DNA from: Nitrospirota bacterium
GTDB taxonomy: Bacteria > Nitrospirota > Nitrospiria > Nitrospirales > Nitrospiraceae
DNA length: 64,000 bases
Assembly (NCBI GenBank): GCA_039931295.1
Contig: JBDTSF010000178.1
Location: forward strand, 352 to 64,351
Direction of reading: 5' to 3'
In this document: positions 39,476 through 51,214 of the stretch, piece after piece
Numbering within the stretch: the first letter of the stretch is position 1
Layout of the letters: each line of letters starts with the position of its first letter
Notes under the pieces: generated by a model
Seen by the model: the letters and a program-made list of their open reading frames with translations, nothing else
Database searches by the model: none
What the model was told of the DNA's origin: nothing
Position numbers and translations under genes: made by a program

Positions 39476-39476
<1 letters not shown>
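39451..39476 (-). terminator. Terminator-like hairpin at the ilvC 3' end
   Basis: GTAGGAAGTTG-GCTT-CAACTTCCTAC, an 11-bp perfect stem abutting the ilvC stop. The tail GTCGTATTCAAT is only moderately T-rich. Confidence 0.45.
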
Positions 39477-40516
<1,040 letters not shown>

Positions 40517-40553
40517 TCAAGAAACCAATTGGGCATTGAGTCCGAGGTAACGC

Positions 40554-41078
40554 CTATTCGCGGGCAATCTTTTTCGCCGGCACATCCGCCGAGCGAATCA
40601 ACTCGCGGGCAACCGCAACCCGTCCGGTACGTGTGAGTTCTTTAATCCCAAGCGGCTGCAGCAAGTTGATGATGGCTCCGATCTTTCGCGGGTCCCCGGT
40701 CACTTCAATCGTGTACGTCGCCGGCGTAGAATCGATGACGTTCGCGCGAAAGATATCAGCGATTCGCAACGCTTCGGCTCGATCCTCCGGCCGCGTATGC
40801 ACCTTGATGAGCGCCGTCTCCCGCGAGACAAAATCGCTCTCGTTCAGGTCCACGACTTTAATGACGTCGATGAGTTTATTGAGCTGTTTCACGATCTGCT
40901 CGATGATCCGTTCGTCACCGGATGTCACAATAGTCATCTGCGACATCGAGGGATCAAGCGTCGGCGCAACTGAGAGGCTTTCGATGTTGAATCCGCGTCC
41001 GCTGAACAAGCCAGCGATGCGAGACAGAGAACCAAACTTATTCTCGACTGTCACCGAGATAATATGTTCCATACCCAA
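40554..41078 (-). CDS. ilvN: Acetolactate synthase small (regulatory) subunit
   Basis: 174 aa, ACT domain ([31 protein letters not shown]) plus the ALS_ss_C domain. Confidence 0.9.
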   Translation of the reverse strand: MGMEHIISVTVENKFGSLSRIAGLFSGRGFNIESLSVAPTLDPSMSQMTIVTSGDERIIEQIVKQLNKLIDVIKVVDLNESDFVSRETALIKVHTRPEDRAEALRIADIFRANVIDSTPATYTIEVTGDPRKIGAIINLLQPLGIKELTRTGRVAVARELIRSADVPAKKIARE

Positions 41079-41100
41079 TTTGTACTCCCGACACCGACGA

Positions 41101-42876
41101 TTAGGCCGTGAGGATCGTGTCCGAATCCTTCGGAGTCACCTGCCCCGCTCCAGACTGCTTACTTCTCAAGGCGGGCGGATCTTCCAAAATCATTTCATGG
41201 TTGCAGCCGCCAGCGGGAATCATCGGATAAACGTTTTCATATCGATACGTCGGCACATCGACGATGACCGGTTTATTCACTGCGATCGCTTCCTTGAGAA
41301 CGGCATCAATCTCAGACGGCTTGCTGGCCCTGAGCCCGACTGCTCCGTACGCCTCTGCCAACTTGACAAAGTCCGGCGTCGTCTCCAAATCGCTCGAGGC
41401 ATACCGACCTTCATAGAAGAGATCCTGCCACTGCCGGACCATCCCATGGAATCGGTTGTTCAGAATGATGATCTTGACCGGCAACTTATGCACCACCGCT
41501 GTTGCCATTTCTTGCATATTCATTTGGATACTGCCGTCTCCGGCAATGCAGAGAACCAGCCGACCCGGGAACGCCGCCTGCGCCCCCATCGCAGCAGGGA
41601 AACCGAACCCCATGGTCCCAAGCCCCCCCGAGGTTAACCAGCGATTTGGCTTCGCCAACTTAAAATATTGGGCAGCCCACATCTGGTGTTGCCCGACATC
41701 GGTCGACACAATCGGATCCCGATCCTTCGTGAGTTCATACAGTCGCTGAATAACATGCTGCGGCTTGATCGGCCCATCCGCTTCTTGTTGATACGCAAGC
41801 GGGTTCGCCTGTTGCCATTCGCGGATCTGATCCCACCAGGGCTTGCGCAACTCCCGTTGATCGCCGTTCACCGTGGCACGAAGAATTTGAATCAACTCAC
41901 GGAGCACCATCTTGCAATCGCCCACGATTGGAATGTCGACATTGACATTTTTGCGAATCGAAGTCGGATCGATATCGATATGAATCACCTTGGCATGCGG
42001 GCAAAACTCTGACACCTTTCCGGTGACACGATCGTCAAACCGTGCTCCGATGGCCACGACAAGATCGGAATAATGCATGACCATATTCGCCCAATACGTG
42101 CCGTGCATGCCCAGCATGCCCATGGATTGGGGATGCTCGCCAGGGAACGCCCCAAGCCCCATCAACGTCATGTCGACCGGCATATGGGTCAGCTCAGCCA
42201 ACTCCAACAACTCTTGCGACGCACCAGAGAAGATGACACCGCCGCCGACATACAGCACCGGCTTCCTGGCCTTCGTCATGGCCTCGGCCGCTTGTTTGAT
42301 CTGCCACTTATTTCCCTCATACACGGGATTGTAGCTCCGGATAGAGATGGAATTCGGATAGATGAATTCCGTCTTCTCCATGGACACATCTTTTGGAATA
42401 TCTACCAACACAGGACCCGGACGTCCCGTTGTCGCGATGTAGAAGGCTTCTTTGATTGTGACCGCCAGATCCTTGACATCTTTGACGAGGAAATTGTACT
42501 TGGTGCAAGGGCGACTCAACCCCACATTATCCGCTTCCTGGAACGCATCATTTCCAATCAGGCTGGTAGGAACTTGCCCGCTAAAACACACCAACGGCAC
42601 GGAGTCCATGTATGCATCCGCTAACGCTGTAATCACGTTCGTCATACCCGGCCCGGAAGTCACAAGACAGACTCCGGCTTTCCCGGTCGCCTTGGCATAG
42701 CCTTCCGCCATATGGCCCGCACCCTGCTCATGGCGTGTCAGCACCACTTCAATGTCTTTCTGCTGATGAAGCATGTCGAAAATCTTCAGAACGACACCAC
42801 CAGGAAGCGCAAAAATTGTCTTGACGCCTTCCCGTTTGAGACATTCGATCAGGATTTCAGCACCTGTGAGCTTCAT
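41101..42876 (-). CDS. ilvB: Acetolactate synthase large (catalytic) subunit
   Basis: 591-aa ThDP enzyme ([30 protein letters not shown]). Confidence 0.95.
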   Translation of the reverse strand: MKLTGAEILIECLKREGVKTIFALPGGVVLKIFDMLHQQKDIEVVLTRHEQGAGHMAEGYAKATGKAGVCLVTSGPGMTNVITALADAYMDSVPLVCFSGQVPTSLIGNDAFQEADNVGLSRPCTKYNFLVKDVKDLAVTIKEAFYIATTGRPGPVLVDIPKDVSMEKTEFIYPNSISIRSYNPVYEGNKWQIKQAAEAMTKARKPVLYVGGGVIFSGASQELLELAELTHMPVDMTLMGLGAFPGEHPQSMGMLGMHGTYWANMVMHYSDLVVAIGARFDDRVTGKVSEFCPHAKVIHIDIDPTSIRKNVNVDIPIVGDCKMVLRELIQILRATVNGDQRELRKPWWDQIREWQQANPLAYQQEADGPIKPQHVIQRLYELTKDRDPIVSTDVGQHQMWAAQYFKLAKPNRWLTSGGLGTMGFGFPAAMGAQAAFPGRLVLCIAGDGSIQMNMQEMATAVVHKLPVKIIILNNRFHGMVRQWQDLFYEGRYASSDLETTPDFVKLAEAYGAVGLRASKPSEIDAVLKEAIAVNKPVIVDVPTYRYENVYPMIPAGGCNHEMILEDPPALRSKQSGAGQVTPKDSDTILTA

Positions 42877-43026
42877 GACAGAACCTCCCTCCTTACCGCT
42901 AGTGAGGCACTAGACAGAGGAGTCAGCACGAAAAATAGGATACTCGGCAGCTCGTCAACACTTAGACGGGGCAAGACAGCCACGACTGATCGGAACATTC
43001 TGAAAAATCAGGGATAAATATAGTTG

Positions 43027-43056
43027 ATCTTATCACCACGTGTTTCTACGCGTCAA
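43027..43056 (-). promoter_or_regulatory. Candidate sigma-70 promoter of ilvBNC
   Basis: Minus strand TTGACG (43056-43051), 18-nt spacer, TAAGAT (43032-43027) preceded by a TG at the extended -10 position. About 145-nt leader. Confidence 0.35.
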
Positions 43057-43156
43057 TAGATAGCAGGGGTTGGTCTGGCAACTTCTTCCCTGACAGCGTA
43101 CTTCAGTACATGATATTTTCTACACACCAACCCCATGGTTCGGATCGCGTTCAACC

Positions 43157-43465
43157 ATGAGCACCCCTATCCGCGTAATCATCTTGTCTCGTAAAGACTG
43201 CCACCTTTGCGATGTCGTCTATCGAATGGCTGCGCGCCTACAGCGAGAGCTCCACATCGACACAAAGAAGCGATCTATCGAAGGCGATACAGATCTGTTA
43301 GAGCGCTATGGGGCACTGGTTCCTGTGGTCCTGCTCGACGACATCGAGTATTTCTCAGGACATGTGACGGAAGGAGAGCTGCGACGAGCAATAAAAAAAG
43401 CGCGGTGGAGAAGACCGATAAGCCGGATTCTGTCTTGCCTAGGATATGCTCCCAAACAGGGGTGA
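43157..43465 (+). CDS. Glutaredoxin-like protein (DUF836/thioredoxin fold)
   Basis: 102 aa. VIILSRKDCHLCD redox motif and ...YGALVPVVLLDD pattern. The last roughly 18 codons overlap the rnpB 3' end on the other strand. Confidence 0.6.
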   Translation: MSTPIRVIILSRKDCHLCDVVYRMAARLQRELHIDTKKRSIEGDTDLLERYGALVPVVLLDDIEYFSGHVTEGELRRAIKKARWRRPISRILSCLGYAPKQG

Positions 43466-43825
43466 TCATTTCTCTGGGATTCGAGTTACCTCGAACCTCA
43501 AGCGACCTACCCGAAGACCTCGGCCGGGCCAGCCGGTCGCCGACTCTCCGAAGAAAGCCGACAGATGTCTTCCTATTTGGCCTTGCATCGGGCGACGCTT
43601 ACCGTGCCGGTGATGTCGCCACCACCGCGGTGGGCTCTTACCCCACCGTTTCACCCTTACCTGAGCCAAGGTGCGAATGAGAATTCTGTCGCCTTGGCCA
43701 TCGGCGGTCTGTTCTCTGTGGTGCTGGTGTCGGATCGCTCCGCCTGGGAATTACCCAGCGCCCTACCCATGAAGTCCGGACTTTCCTCTCGTAGCGTCTC
43801 CACCACGAGCGATCACCCAGTCTTC
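43410..43825 (-). ncRNA. rnpB: RNase P RNA, bacterial type A
   Basis: Minus strand contains GAGAGGAAAGUCCGGACUUC, GGUAAGGGUGAAACGGUGGGGUAAGAGCCCACCG and ACAGAAUCCGGCUUAUCGGUCUUC. P1 pairs 5' GAAGAC with 3' GUCUUC. Ends are approximate. Confidence 0.9.
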
Positions 43826-43894
43826 TCCCTCGCGCCAGAGCACTATAGTGCTGCATGTGGTGCGCTTTCAAGGGCGCTCTGCACAAGTTTCGAC

Positions 43895-44758
43895 CTACTG
43901 CACTCCCGGCAAGAATGCCTCTGAAACCGGCTGCCTGGCCTGGTAAATTGCCATGGCCTCCGGCATCCATTTTTTCAGCTGGTCGATGCGGGTCTCATGG
44001 CTTGGGTGCGTGGACATAAATTCTGACGGCCCTCCGCCACCGGACGCTTGCCCCATCCTCTCCCACAGAGCTACCGACTCGCGCGGGTCATAGCCGGCAT
44101 CCGCCGCGAGTAAGATGCCAATATAGTCTGCTTCCGATTCATGCTTTCGACTGAAAGGGAGCAACACGCCCACCTGCGCGCCGACACCCAACGCCGCCAT
44201 CGTCGCCTGCCCCAACATCCCTCCCCCACCTGCCGCCCCGGCTGCTGCACCAAGTATCTGGAGCCCGAAATTCGTGGCCTGGCCTTGACTCATCCGTTCG
44301 GCACCATGCCGGGCCAAGGCATGGACAACTTCATGCCCCATAACCGCGGCAAGCCCTGCTTCTGTCTGGGCCATAGGGAAGATACCGGTATACACCGCCA
44401 TCTTGCCGCCAGGCAGCGCAAAGGCATTCGCCGTCTTATCATCCTTGATGACCGTCACTTCCCACTGAAACTTCAGCGCCGTCTCGGCATACTTCGACCG
44501 TTTCGCGGCTTCGACGATGCGAGCCACAACTCTCTTGACTGGCTCGATCTCGCGAGGATCTTGAGACGGGCGCATTTTGGGATCGCTCTTGACTTGATCA
44601 TAGGCCTGCGCGCCCATTTTCATTTCATCCGACACCGATGTCATGAGCAGCTGTGACCGCCCCGTGTAAGGATTGGTTTGGCACCCTACCAGCGAGAGGA
44701 GCGTCAGACTCATCACGACAAAGAATGCCGAACGCGAACGCTGTTTCACAATACGCAT
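43895..44758 (-). CDS. M48 family metallopeptidase, lipoprotein
   Basis: HEVVHALARH (HExxH) and lipobox LSLVGC. ATG at 44758 is preceded by GAGGAGG; the ORF track starts at 44812. Confidence 0.8.
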   Translation of the reverse strand: MRIVKQRSRSAFFVVMSLTLLSLVGCQTNPYTGRSQLLMTSVSDEMKMGAQAYDQVKSDPKMRPSQDPREIEPVKRVVARIVEAAKRSKYAETALKFQWEVTVIKDDKTANAFALPGGKMAVYTGIFPMAQTEAGLAAVMGHEVVHALARHGAERMSQGQATNFGLQILGAAAGAAGGGGMLGQATMAALGVGAQVGVLLPFSRKHESEADYIGILLAADAGYDPRESVALWERMGQASGGGGPSEFMSTHPSHETRIDQLKKWMPEAMAIYQARQPVSEAFLPGVQ

Positions 44759-44860
44759 TGAACGACCTCCTCTTCTCCAGTCGATTGTATCGACTCCAAG
44801 GAAATTGACCACTCTAGATTGGTCTGTTAGATTACCGCGCCGCTCTGACCTTTTCTACTA

Positions 44861-45117
44861 GCAGGCTGTTGATAAAGTCCGCCAACGGTGTTCTCGCATC
44901 GCTCAGAGGTTCAACGCAGAGACAAACCTCCTCGGAGATCGGAAACACGTGAAGGGGGCTTCCGTTTGCCAAGAACTATTGAGAAGGGCAAACGGTTACA
45001 CGAAGTGCGGTCCGTACCTCCTCACCTCTTCGCTCGCTGCGGCCCTGCATGGGAGAAGGCGCGTCTCGGCGCGCAGGGTTGGACGGGTGAGATGTCGGGC
45101 CTTTCCGAACAGCCTGC
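44861..45117 (+). repeat. Intergenic imperfect-palindrome repeat, copy D (long form, 257 bp)
   Basis: GCAGGCTGTTGATAAAGTCCGCCAAC...CCTTTCCGAACAGCCTGC. The central insert shares blocks with copy F (CTCGGAGATCGGAA, TTTGCCAAGA, AAGTGCGGT..GTACCTCCTC). Confidence 0.85.
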
Positions 45118-45202
45118 GTGGCATTAAAACCGCGTCTGCTCAGACGCGGCTTCGTGTGACGTCGTCATGCAAATTTGTCAACAAACCGCTAGGCCATAAC
45201 CC

Positions 45203-45865
45203 GTGACCGACAAGACCCCGCACACCTTCATCGAACGCATCGGCATCGATGAATCCGGCAAGGGAGACTATTTCGGCCCTCTGGTCATCGCCGCCGTCTT
45301 CGTCGACGCCACCACACAGAGCGAACTGACCCTCATGCAGGTCCGGGATAGCAAGAAAATATCAGACGGACGTATTCTCGATATGGCGCCTGATATCCGG
45401 ACAATTTGTCCTCATAGCATTATTGCAATCGGGCCACAACGATACAACGAACTCTATGCAAAGATCCGGAACTTGAATCGCCTCCTGGCATGGGGACATG
45501 CGAAGGCCTTAGAGACGTTACTGGAAAAGGTTTCGTGCGGGCGAGCGATCGCGGATCAGTTTGGCAACGAGCGATTGATTCTCAACGCCTTACAGGAAAA
45601 GGGGCGCACGATCACATTAGAACAACGCCATAAGGCCGAGTCCGATTTGGCAGTGGCTGCCGCCTCCATCGTCGCCCGTGCAGAATTCCTCCTGCGATTA
45701 CAACGCCTCTCCGACGAGCTCGGCACGACGTTGCCCAAAGGGGCATCCCCCACCGTCGAACTGGCCGGACGCATGATCGTCAAAAAGCATGGAGAGGAGC
45801 GGCTGGAATCGGTTGCCAAACTGCACTTTAAAACGACCCAGGCTGTGTTGAGAAAAATCGATTAA
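45203..45865 (+). CDS. Ribonuclease HIII-like protein (RNase HII/HIII superfamily, short form)
   Basis: 220 aa, GTG start. IGIDESGKGDYFGPLVIAAV and RDSKKISD motifs match RNase HIII. The roughly 80-aa N-terminal domain of canonical RNase HIII is absent. Confidence 0.7.
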   Translation: MTDKTPHTFIERIGIDESGKGDYFGPLVIAAVFVDATTQSELTLMQVRDSKKISDGRILDMAPDIRTICPHSIIAIGPQRYNELYAKIRNLNRLLAWGHAKALETLLEKVSCGRAIADQFGNERLILNALQEKGRTITLEQRHKAESDLAVAAASIVARAEFLLRLQRLSDELGTTLPKGASPTVELAGRMIVKKHGEERLESVAKLHFKTTQAVLRKID

Positions 45866-46668
45866 ACCGACTCACCGATCTCAAGGACGGACGTCTTTTC
45901 GAGATCGGAACCTGGTATAGACTCGACAGGAATCGTCCCACTCCAGTAGAGCATCCGACGGCAGTAGGGGCAGGTGTGGAGATCTTCAGACCGTTTGACT
46001 TGTGAAATCAGTTGTGGTGGAAGCTGCAAACGGCATCCGGAACAGTTCCCCTCCTTGATTTCAGCGAGCGCATGATCCTTGCGCGACGCTTTGATGGAGT
46101 TATAGCGATTGAGAAGCCCTTTCTCAACATGAGCCGAACGGGCTTGCTGCTGCGATTCGAAATCCGCCAATTCCGTTGAGAGCCTGCGTTCCAGCTCATC
46201 AAGCGCCTGTTTTTCCTGTGCGAATGATTTCTCGATGGCACTGAGCTTCTCTTGCGCGTCTTTCGCCGCCTGTTGCAGCTGTTCAACCTTCTCCATGCAC
46301 AACAAGATCTTTTCTTCGATATCCCCCTTTTTCTTGTTGGCCACCTCGATCTCGAACAGATGAGCCTGGTATTCCTTATTGGACTTTAACTCGGACAGCC
46401 GCGACTTCATTTTCTCAGTGTGCGCTTCATGCGATTCGAGATCCTGTTCGTACGACCGCCGCTCTTTGACAAGTGTCTCCACAGACCCACTGGTCTGCTG
46501 ATGAAGCTGCCGCGCTTCTCGAAGCGGGGTGTCAATCACTTGGAGTCGTTCGGGAATTTTCCGGCGCTGTTCCTTGATTTCCGCAATGCGGAGATCTAAT
46601 TTCTGCAGATCGATAAGAGGAGAAAGATTCTGGCTCAATGCACTCCTAACTGCTGTTGGTCCGAACAA
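45862..46668 (-). CDS. Coiled-coil protein with C-terminal C4 zinc ribbon (COG1579-type)
   Basis: Long coiled coil, then CSGCRLQLPPQ...CPYCRRMLY. TTG start at 46668, or TTG at 46638 preceded by AGGAG. Its stop overlaps the RNase HIII-like stop by 4 nt (convergent). Confidence 0.65.
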   Translation of the reverse strand: MFGPTAVRSALSQNLSPLIDLQKLDLRIAEIKEQRRKIPERLQVIDTPLREARQLHQQTSGSVETLVKERRSYEQDLESHEAHTEKMKSRLSELKSNKEYQAHLFEIEVANKKKGDIEEKILLCMEKVEQLQQAAKDAQEKLSAIEKSFAQEKQALDELERRLSTELADFESQQQARSAHVEKGLLNRYNSIKASRKDHALAEIKEGNCSGCRLQLPPQLISQVKRSEDLHTCPYCRRMLYWSGTIPVESIPGSDLEKTSVLEIGESV

Positions 46669-46699
46669 CGATCTCGACCGATGAGTTCCCCAGCTACAC

Positions 46700-46776
46700 T
46701 GGTGGGCCCACTAGGACTTGAACCTAGGACCAGCTGATTATGAGTCAGCCGCTCTAACCACCTGAGCTATGGGCCC
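46700..46776 (-). tRNA. tRNA with CAT anticodon (elongator Met or lysidine-modified Ile2), CCA encoded
   Basis: GGGCCCATAGCTCAGGTGGTTAGAGCGGCTGACTCATAATCAGCTGGTCCTAGGTTCAAGTCCTAGTGGGCCCACCA. Cloverleaf with anticodon loop CTCATAA. Closely resembles E. coli ileX but cannot be told apart from tRNA-Met by eye. Not an initiator (1:72 is paired; no GGG/CCC anticodon stem). Confidence 0.9.
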
Positions 46777-46879
46777 GATCAGGCGGTGACTCTCCCGTAC
46801 CTGCCCCGCAGACCGGCACAACCGATTTTAGGCTGTCCAGGAAAGGGAGTCAAATTCCGAGGGAATATTTCATCGCTCA

Positions 46880-48727
46880 TCACAGACCTTCCACAAAGCT
46901 GCGCAGCTTCTTGCTCCGGCTCGGATGACGCAGCTTACGTAAGGCCTTCGCTTCAATCTGCCGAATACGTTCACGGGTTACTTCGAAATCCTGACCGACT
47001 TCTTCGAGAGTATGGTCGGTGGCCTCGCCGATACCGAACCGTTTCCGCAACACTTTTTCCTCCCGCGGAGTGAGCGTCTCCAGTGCGCTATTGATCTGGC
47101 GCTGGAGATCGTAGCGAATCGCAGCCTCCAGAGGAGACACCGCCTTCTTGTCCTCGATAAAGTCGCCTAAATGGCTGTCTTCTTCTTCACCGATCGGGGT
47201 CTCCAGAGAAATCGGTTCGCGCGCGATCTTTAAAATCTTCCGTACTTTGTCGAGCGGCAAATCCATGCGCTCGGCAATTTCTTCCGGGGTCGGTTCTCGC
47301 CCCAGTTTCTGGACCAGATGGCGAGACGTTCGAATCAGCTTGTTGATCGTCTCGATCATATGTACGGGAATACGGATCGTCCTGGCTTGATCGGCAATCG
47401 CGCGAGTAATGGCCTGGCGGATCCACCAGGTGGCATAGGTACTGAACTTATAGCCGCGCTTGTACTCAAACTTGTCGACGGCCTTCATCAAGCCGATATT
47501 GCCTTCCTGGATCAAGTCGAGAAACTGAAGACCTCGGTTCGTATACTTCTTGGCAATGCTGACAACGAGACGCAGGTTTGCCTCGACTAGCTCGGCTTTC
47601 CCGCGCTTGACCTTGTCCTCCGCCACATCCAGATGCTTGACTGCATCTTTAATCTCTTCCGCAGAGGCGAGGGCCTCTTCGGTCTCGAGTGTTCGAATCC
47701 GGCCCTTCGCCGCCTGATACACTTTTTTTATTTCGTTGAGCGCCTCCTCTGAGCAGCTCGTCCTGCGTTTGACGGCGAGAAAGTCTTTCCGTTCGCGACA
47801 GAGTCTCTTCAGCGCCTCAGCCCCGGCCTCACCGCTGATCCCAAGCCGCCGCTGGCAACTGACAATCTCCCGTTCCGACGTTCGGATCTGAATCGCCAAT
47901 TCCCGAACACGCTGCACCATCCGATCTTTCAGCACCCCGTGCAGGTTGACGGACTCCATCTTCTCGACGACCTGATCCCGAATCGTATCGATCTGCTTCT
48001 TAATCTTCTTCTGTTTCGCAGGATCGCTATTGGCATGCCGGGCCACTTCGTAGAGGCTCTTGAGCGACGTCGAGATTTTCCGGACGGAACTCAACCCTTC
48101 CAGCGTCTTCACCCGAAGCTCTTCATAGTCCCGCTGGATTTGTTCTTCCTCGAATTCCTCCTCGGTCTCGACGATCGGGACAATCTCACGCACGTCGATG
48201 GTCCCATTCTTGAGCTGATCGTACAGTGCGAGGACAAACTCAATCGTCATCGGCATCCCATAGATGACCGAGGCGATGTCCTTCTTTCCCTCTTCAATGC
48301 GCTTTGCGATCTCAATTTCCCCTTCACGACTCAACAACGCCACACTGCCCATCTCCTTGAGATAGAGTCGTACCGGGTCGTCGGTCCGGCTGAGTGCGCC
48401 GGGAGTGAGATCGATCTCCTTCTCCTCTTTTTCTTCCTTCTCATTCTCCTCCCCGGATCCGGCGCCGGATCCGGCTTCGATCTCGGCATCCTCGGCGTCC
48501 TCACTTGGATCTTCACTGTCACGGGCTTTCCTAATCCGTTCCCCCTCAGGCGCATCGACGATCTCGATGTCCATTTCACCGAACATCGTCATGATGCTGC
48601 CGAACTGTTCGGAGGACACCACTTCCGCTGGCAACGTGCTATTCAGCTCGTCATACGTCAAAAAGCCCTTCTCTTTTCCCATCGAGATCAGCTTCTTCAC
48701 TTCGCCGAGCAACTCTGGTTTCGCCAT
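46880..48727 (-). CDS. rpoD: RNA polymerase sigma factor RpoD (sigma-70)
   Basis: 615 aa with an acidic region 1 and regions 2-4 ([47 protein letters not shown]). Confidence 0.95.
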   Translation of the reverse strand: MAKPELLGEVKKLISMGKEKGFLTYDELNSTLPAEVVSSEQFGSIMTMFGEMDIEIVDAPEGERIRKARDSEDPSEDAEDAEIEAGSGAGSGEENEKEEKEEKEIDLTPGALSRTDDPVRLYLKEMGSVALLSREGEIEIAKRIEEGKKDIASVIYGMPMTIEFVLALYDQLKNGTIDVREIVPIVETEEEFEEEQIQRDYEELRVKTLEGLSSVRKISTSLKSLYEVARHANSDPAKQKKIKKQIDTIRDQVVEKMESVNLHGVLKDRMVQRVRELAIQIRTSEREIVSCQRRLGISGEAGAEALKRLCRERKDFLAVKRRTSCSEEALNEIKKVYQAAKGRIRTLETEEALASAEEIKDAVKHLDVAEDKVKRGKAELVEANLRLVVSIAKKYTNRGLQFLDLIQEGNIGLMKAVDKFEYKRGYKFSTYATWWIRQAITRAIADQARTIRIPVHMIETINKLIRTSRHLVQKLGREPTPEEIAERMDLPLDKVRKILKIAREPISLETPIGEEEDSHLGDFIEDKKAVSPLEAAIRYDLQRQINSALETLTPREEKVLRKRFGIGEATDHTLEEVGQDFEVTRERIRQIEAKALRKLRHPSRSKKLRSFVEGL

Positions 48728-48729
48728 GA

Positions 48730-50544
48730 CTACTCCTTCACTAAGGACAACATTCCGGCAGAGGACTGGCCGGCCTTGTGCATTCGCAATTCATTAACTC
48801 GTCCGTTTAACATCCGCGCATCCTCCACACGGCCTTCCCGTTCGGCGGCCCTGAGTTGCACGATCAAATCTCGCATGCCGGCCTCGGCCCGCTTCCGATC
48901 CAACGTCTCTAAGCAGCCCTCAATGTGAGCCTTCACGTCGTCGAAATGGTCTTCCCTCATGGATAACTCAGTTGCCAGCGACCCACAATCTGGGTGATCC
49001 ACCACCGCGTCCAGCAACAACCTGAGCCCGACTCGTCCGTCTCGATCAAGGTGGTTCAGCGCCGCCTCGACGAGGGACCGACAGGCCGGAACCGAAAAGG
49101 CTTCGGGCTTCAGTCGTTGCACATCGGCAGAAGTCAAATGTCCGTGCAGCAGTAGATACGCCAGATCCCGCTCCTCGCTCGCACCTTTGAACGTCGCTGG
49201 CGTGGGAACGGCTGATCGAGCGACCGTCGGACGAGTTCGCTCCGACTGCTCCAATGCCGGATACCGTTCAATCAACCGTTGTTGGCTGATCCCCAATCGT
49301 TCTGCAACGACACGAATTCGTTCTTCTCGTTCGATTGGATGTTCGCTTTTTTGCAGAATCCGCAACACATCATCCACGCTGCGGATACGCCCTTCAATCG
49401 TACTGGACTCTGCGGTGCTTAGCCGATGCTCGAGGGCAAAATCCAAGAGGCTCGGAGCCTGTTCTTCTAACCAGGCAAAGGCATCCGGTCCTTCTTTTCG
49501 CACATACGTATCGGGGTCTTCTCCAGTCGGTAACGTCACAACTTTCACACCGATCCCGCTGTTCACAAACAGATCGAGCCCTCGCAATGCAGCACGAACC
49601 CCAGCCTGATCCGGATCGAACAGCAACACGACCTTTGAGGCAAACCGTCTCAGCACCTGAATATGCTCTTCCGTCAGAGCAGTCCCCAGCGTTGCAACCG
49701 TATGAGTCAGTCCGGCTTGATGAAGCGCAACCACATCAAAATACCCTTCCACCACAATCGCGGTCTTCAGCCGAGCCACCGCTTCCCGTGCAAGATCCAA
49801 CGCGTACAGCGTCTGCCCCTTCTTGAATAAGGGAGTATCGGGCGAATTCAGGTACTTCGGAATCCCCTCGCCAAGGATACGCCCTCCAAACCCGACGACC
49901 CGCTTGCGCAAGTCCGTGATAGGAAACATCACACGGGAACGAAAACGATCATAGGCCCCGGCGGCATGTTCGCGAGCTATCGTCAATCCAGCAGAGGCCA
50001 AGTCGTTCTGTGCAAAGCCCTGCTTGCTCAGCCCCTTGATGAGGCCGTCCCACTCAGCCGGGGCGCAGCCAATTTCAAATCGCTCGATCGTTTCAGCTCG
50101 TATGCCCCGGCCAGCCAAGTAGCCTCGTGCCGTCGCGCCGGTCACGTCATCCCGCAAATTCTGTTGGAACCATGCCGTGACCGCCCGATTAAGCGGTTCA
50201 AGGCGATTCGCCTGCGCAGCCTGAGGTCCCGCGCTTGGCCCACTGTCCGGCACATCAATCCCAAGCTTCTGCCCGAGATCACGAACCGTTTCAGGAAAGT
50301 TCGCGCCGGTAATCCGCATCAGAAACGTAAACACATCGCCGCCCGCGCCGCATCCGAAGCAATGGAAAATCTGGCGGGAAGGACTCACCGTAAAAGAAGG
50401 TGATTTTTCCTGATGGAACGGACAGAGCCCCTTCAGACTCTGTCCAGCCCGAGTCAGGCTCACGTGATGTCCAACGACCTCAACGATATCGACCCGATCT
50501 CTGACTTGATTGATCACATTTTCAGAAATCAGACCTCGGCCCAC
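48730..50544 (-). CDS. dnaG: DNA primase
   Basis: 604 aa with a zinc ribbon ([14 protein letters not shown]...[11 protein letters not shown]), a Toprim domain (VVEGYFDV) and a C-terminal helicase-binding region. Confidence 0.95.
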   Translation of the reverse strand: MGRGLISENVINQVRDRVDIVEVVGHHVSLTRAGQSLKGLCPFHQEKSPSFTVSPSRQIFHCFGCGAGGDVFTFLMRITGANFPETVRDLGQKLGIDVPDSGPSAGPQAAQANRLEPLNRAVTAWFQQNLRDDVTGATARGYLAGRGIRAETIERFEIGCAPAEWDGLIKGLSKQGFAQNDLASAGLTIAREHAAGAYDRFRSRVMFPITDLRKRVVGFGGRILGEGIPKYLNSPDTPLFKKGQTLYALDLAREAVARLKTAIVVEGYFDVVALHQAGLTHTVATLGTALTEEHIQVLRRFASKVVLLFDPDQAGVRAALRGLDLFVNSGIGVKVVTLPTGEDPDTYVRKEGPDAFAWLEEQAPSLLDFALEHRLSTAESSTIEGRIRSVDDVLRILQKSEHPIEREERIRVVAERLGISQQRLIERYPALEQSERTRPTVARSAVPTPATFKGASEERDLAYLLLHGHLTSADVQRLKPEAFSVPACRSLVEAALNHLDRDGRVGLRLLLDAVVDHPDCGSLATELSMREDHFDDVKAHIEGCLETLDRKRAEAGMRDLIVQLRAAEREGRVEDARMLNGRVNELRMHKAGQSSAGMLSLVKE

Positions 50545-50744
50545 GGGAGTCGCGGCTCCTATTTCCCCACCTGATTCCGGTGAGAATACTATTTGTAAAA
50601 GGGTCGTAAAATAGACCGGTCAGGGTAACAGACGGGAAAGAAATCTGTCAACGTGGTAACAAGCCGCTAGCCAGTTTCAGAAAACGATGGCGGGCTACCA
50701 GAAATCCTCTGGTCCACATGTCTGGGACAACGAGACACAACCTC

Positions 50745-50870
50745 GCAGGGTGCTCAAAAAGTTCGTCCAGCAAAGCCGCAGCGAGTTTAGGCCCGAATCG
50801 TACCCTCTCGGGTAAGTTGAGGGTCTGAACGATGCGAGAACCCCGCTGGCGGACTTTTTCAGCATCCTGC
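50745..50870 (-). repeat. Intergenic imperfect-palindrome repeat, copy E (short form, 126 bp)
   Basis: GCAGGGTGCTCAAAAAGTTCGTCCAGCAAAGCCGCAGCGAG...GGACTTTTTCAGCATCCTGC. Its last base is part of the HIT-gene stop codon (TAG on the minus strand). Confidence 0.9.
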
Positions 50871-51214
50871 TAACCGGGAGGCCAAGCCATGTGTCGTCCG
50901 CCCAAGACATGGAGATGCAGGTGAAACACAGTCTGGCCGCCATGCCTACCGGTATTGATGACGAAACGATACCCGGTATCGGCAATTCCTTTCAGTTTCG
51001 CAATTTGGTTACCGGCCAGCATCAACCGTCCGAGCAGCCCGACATCCGAATCTTCTAGCTCGGCAATCGACGTCACATGTTTCCGAGGGATGACGAGGGT
51101 ATGAGTCGGAGCCTGAGGATTGATATCGTCGAACGCAACGACCAGATCGTCTTCATAGACCAGCGTGGCTGGAATGGTCCTCGCCACGATCTTGCAAAAG
51201 AGGCATTCACTCAT
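50870..51214 (-). CDS. HIT (histidine triad) family protein
   Basis: 114 aa. HLHLHVLGG triad and CLFCKI zinc-site N-terminus. Confidence 0.85.
   Translation of the reverse strand: MSECLFCKIVARTIPATLVYEDDLVVAFDDINPQAPTHTLVIPRKHVTSIAELEDSDVGLLGRLMLAGNQIAKLKGIADTGYRFVINTGRHGGQTVFHLHLHVLGGRHMAWPPG

Noticed and set aside
40633-41637. 334-aa plus-strand ORF
   Set aside because: It lies entirely antisense to ilvN and ilvB, which have unmistakable homology. Its composition is Arg/Ser/Pro-rich, typical of antisense frames in GC-rich DNA.
42877-43026. Possible ilvB leader peptide (MFRSVVAVLPRLSVDELPSILFFVL...) or attenuator
   Set aside because: There is no SD, no run of Val/Ile/Leu codons comparable to classical ilv leaders, and no convincing terminator/antiterminator pair.
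46669-46880. tRNA gene as a possible integration site for a mobile element
   Set aside because: No integrase, direct repeat of the tRNA 3' end or foreign-looking genes flank it. The neighbours are rpoD and a conserved zinc-ribbon gene.
47939-48928. 329-aa plus-strand ORF
   Set aside because: Antisense to rpoD and dnaG. Low-complexity, with no motif.
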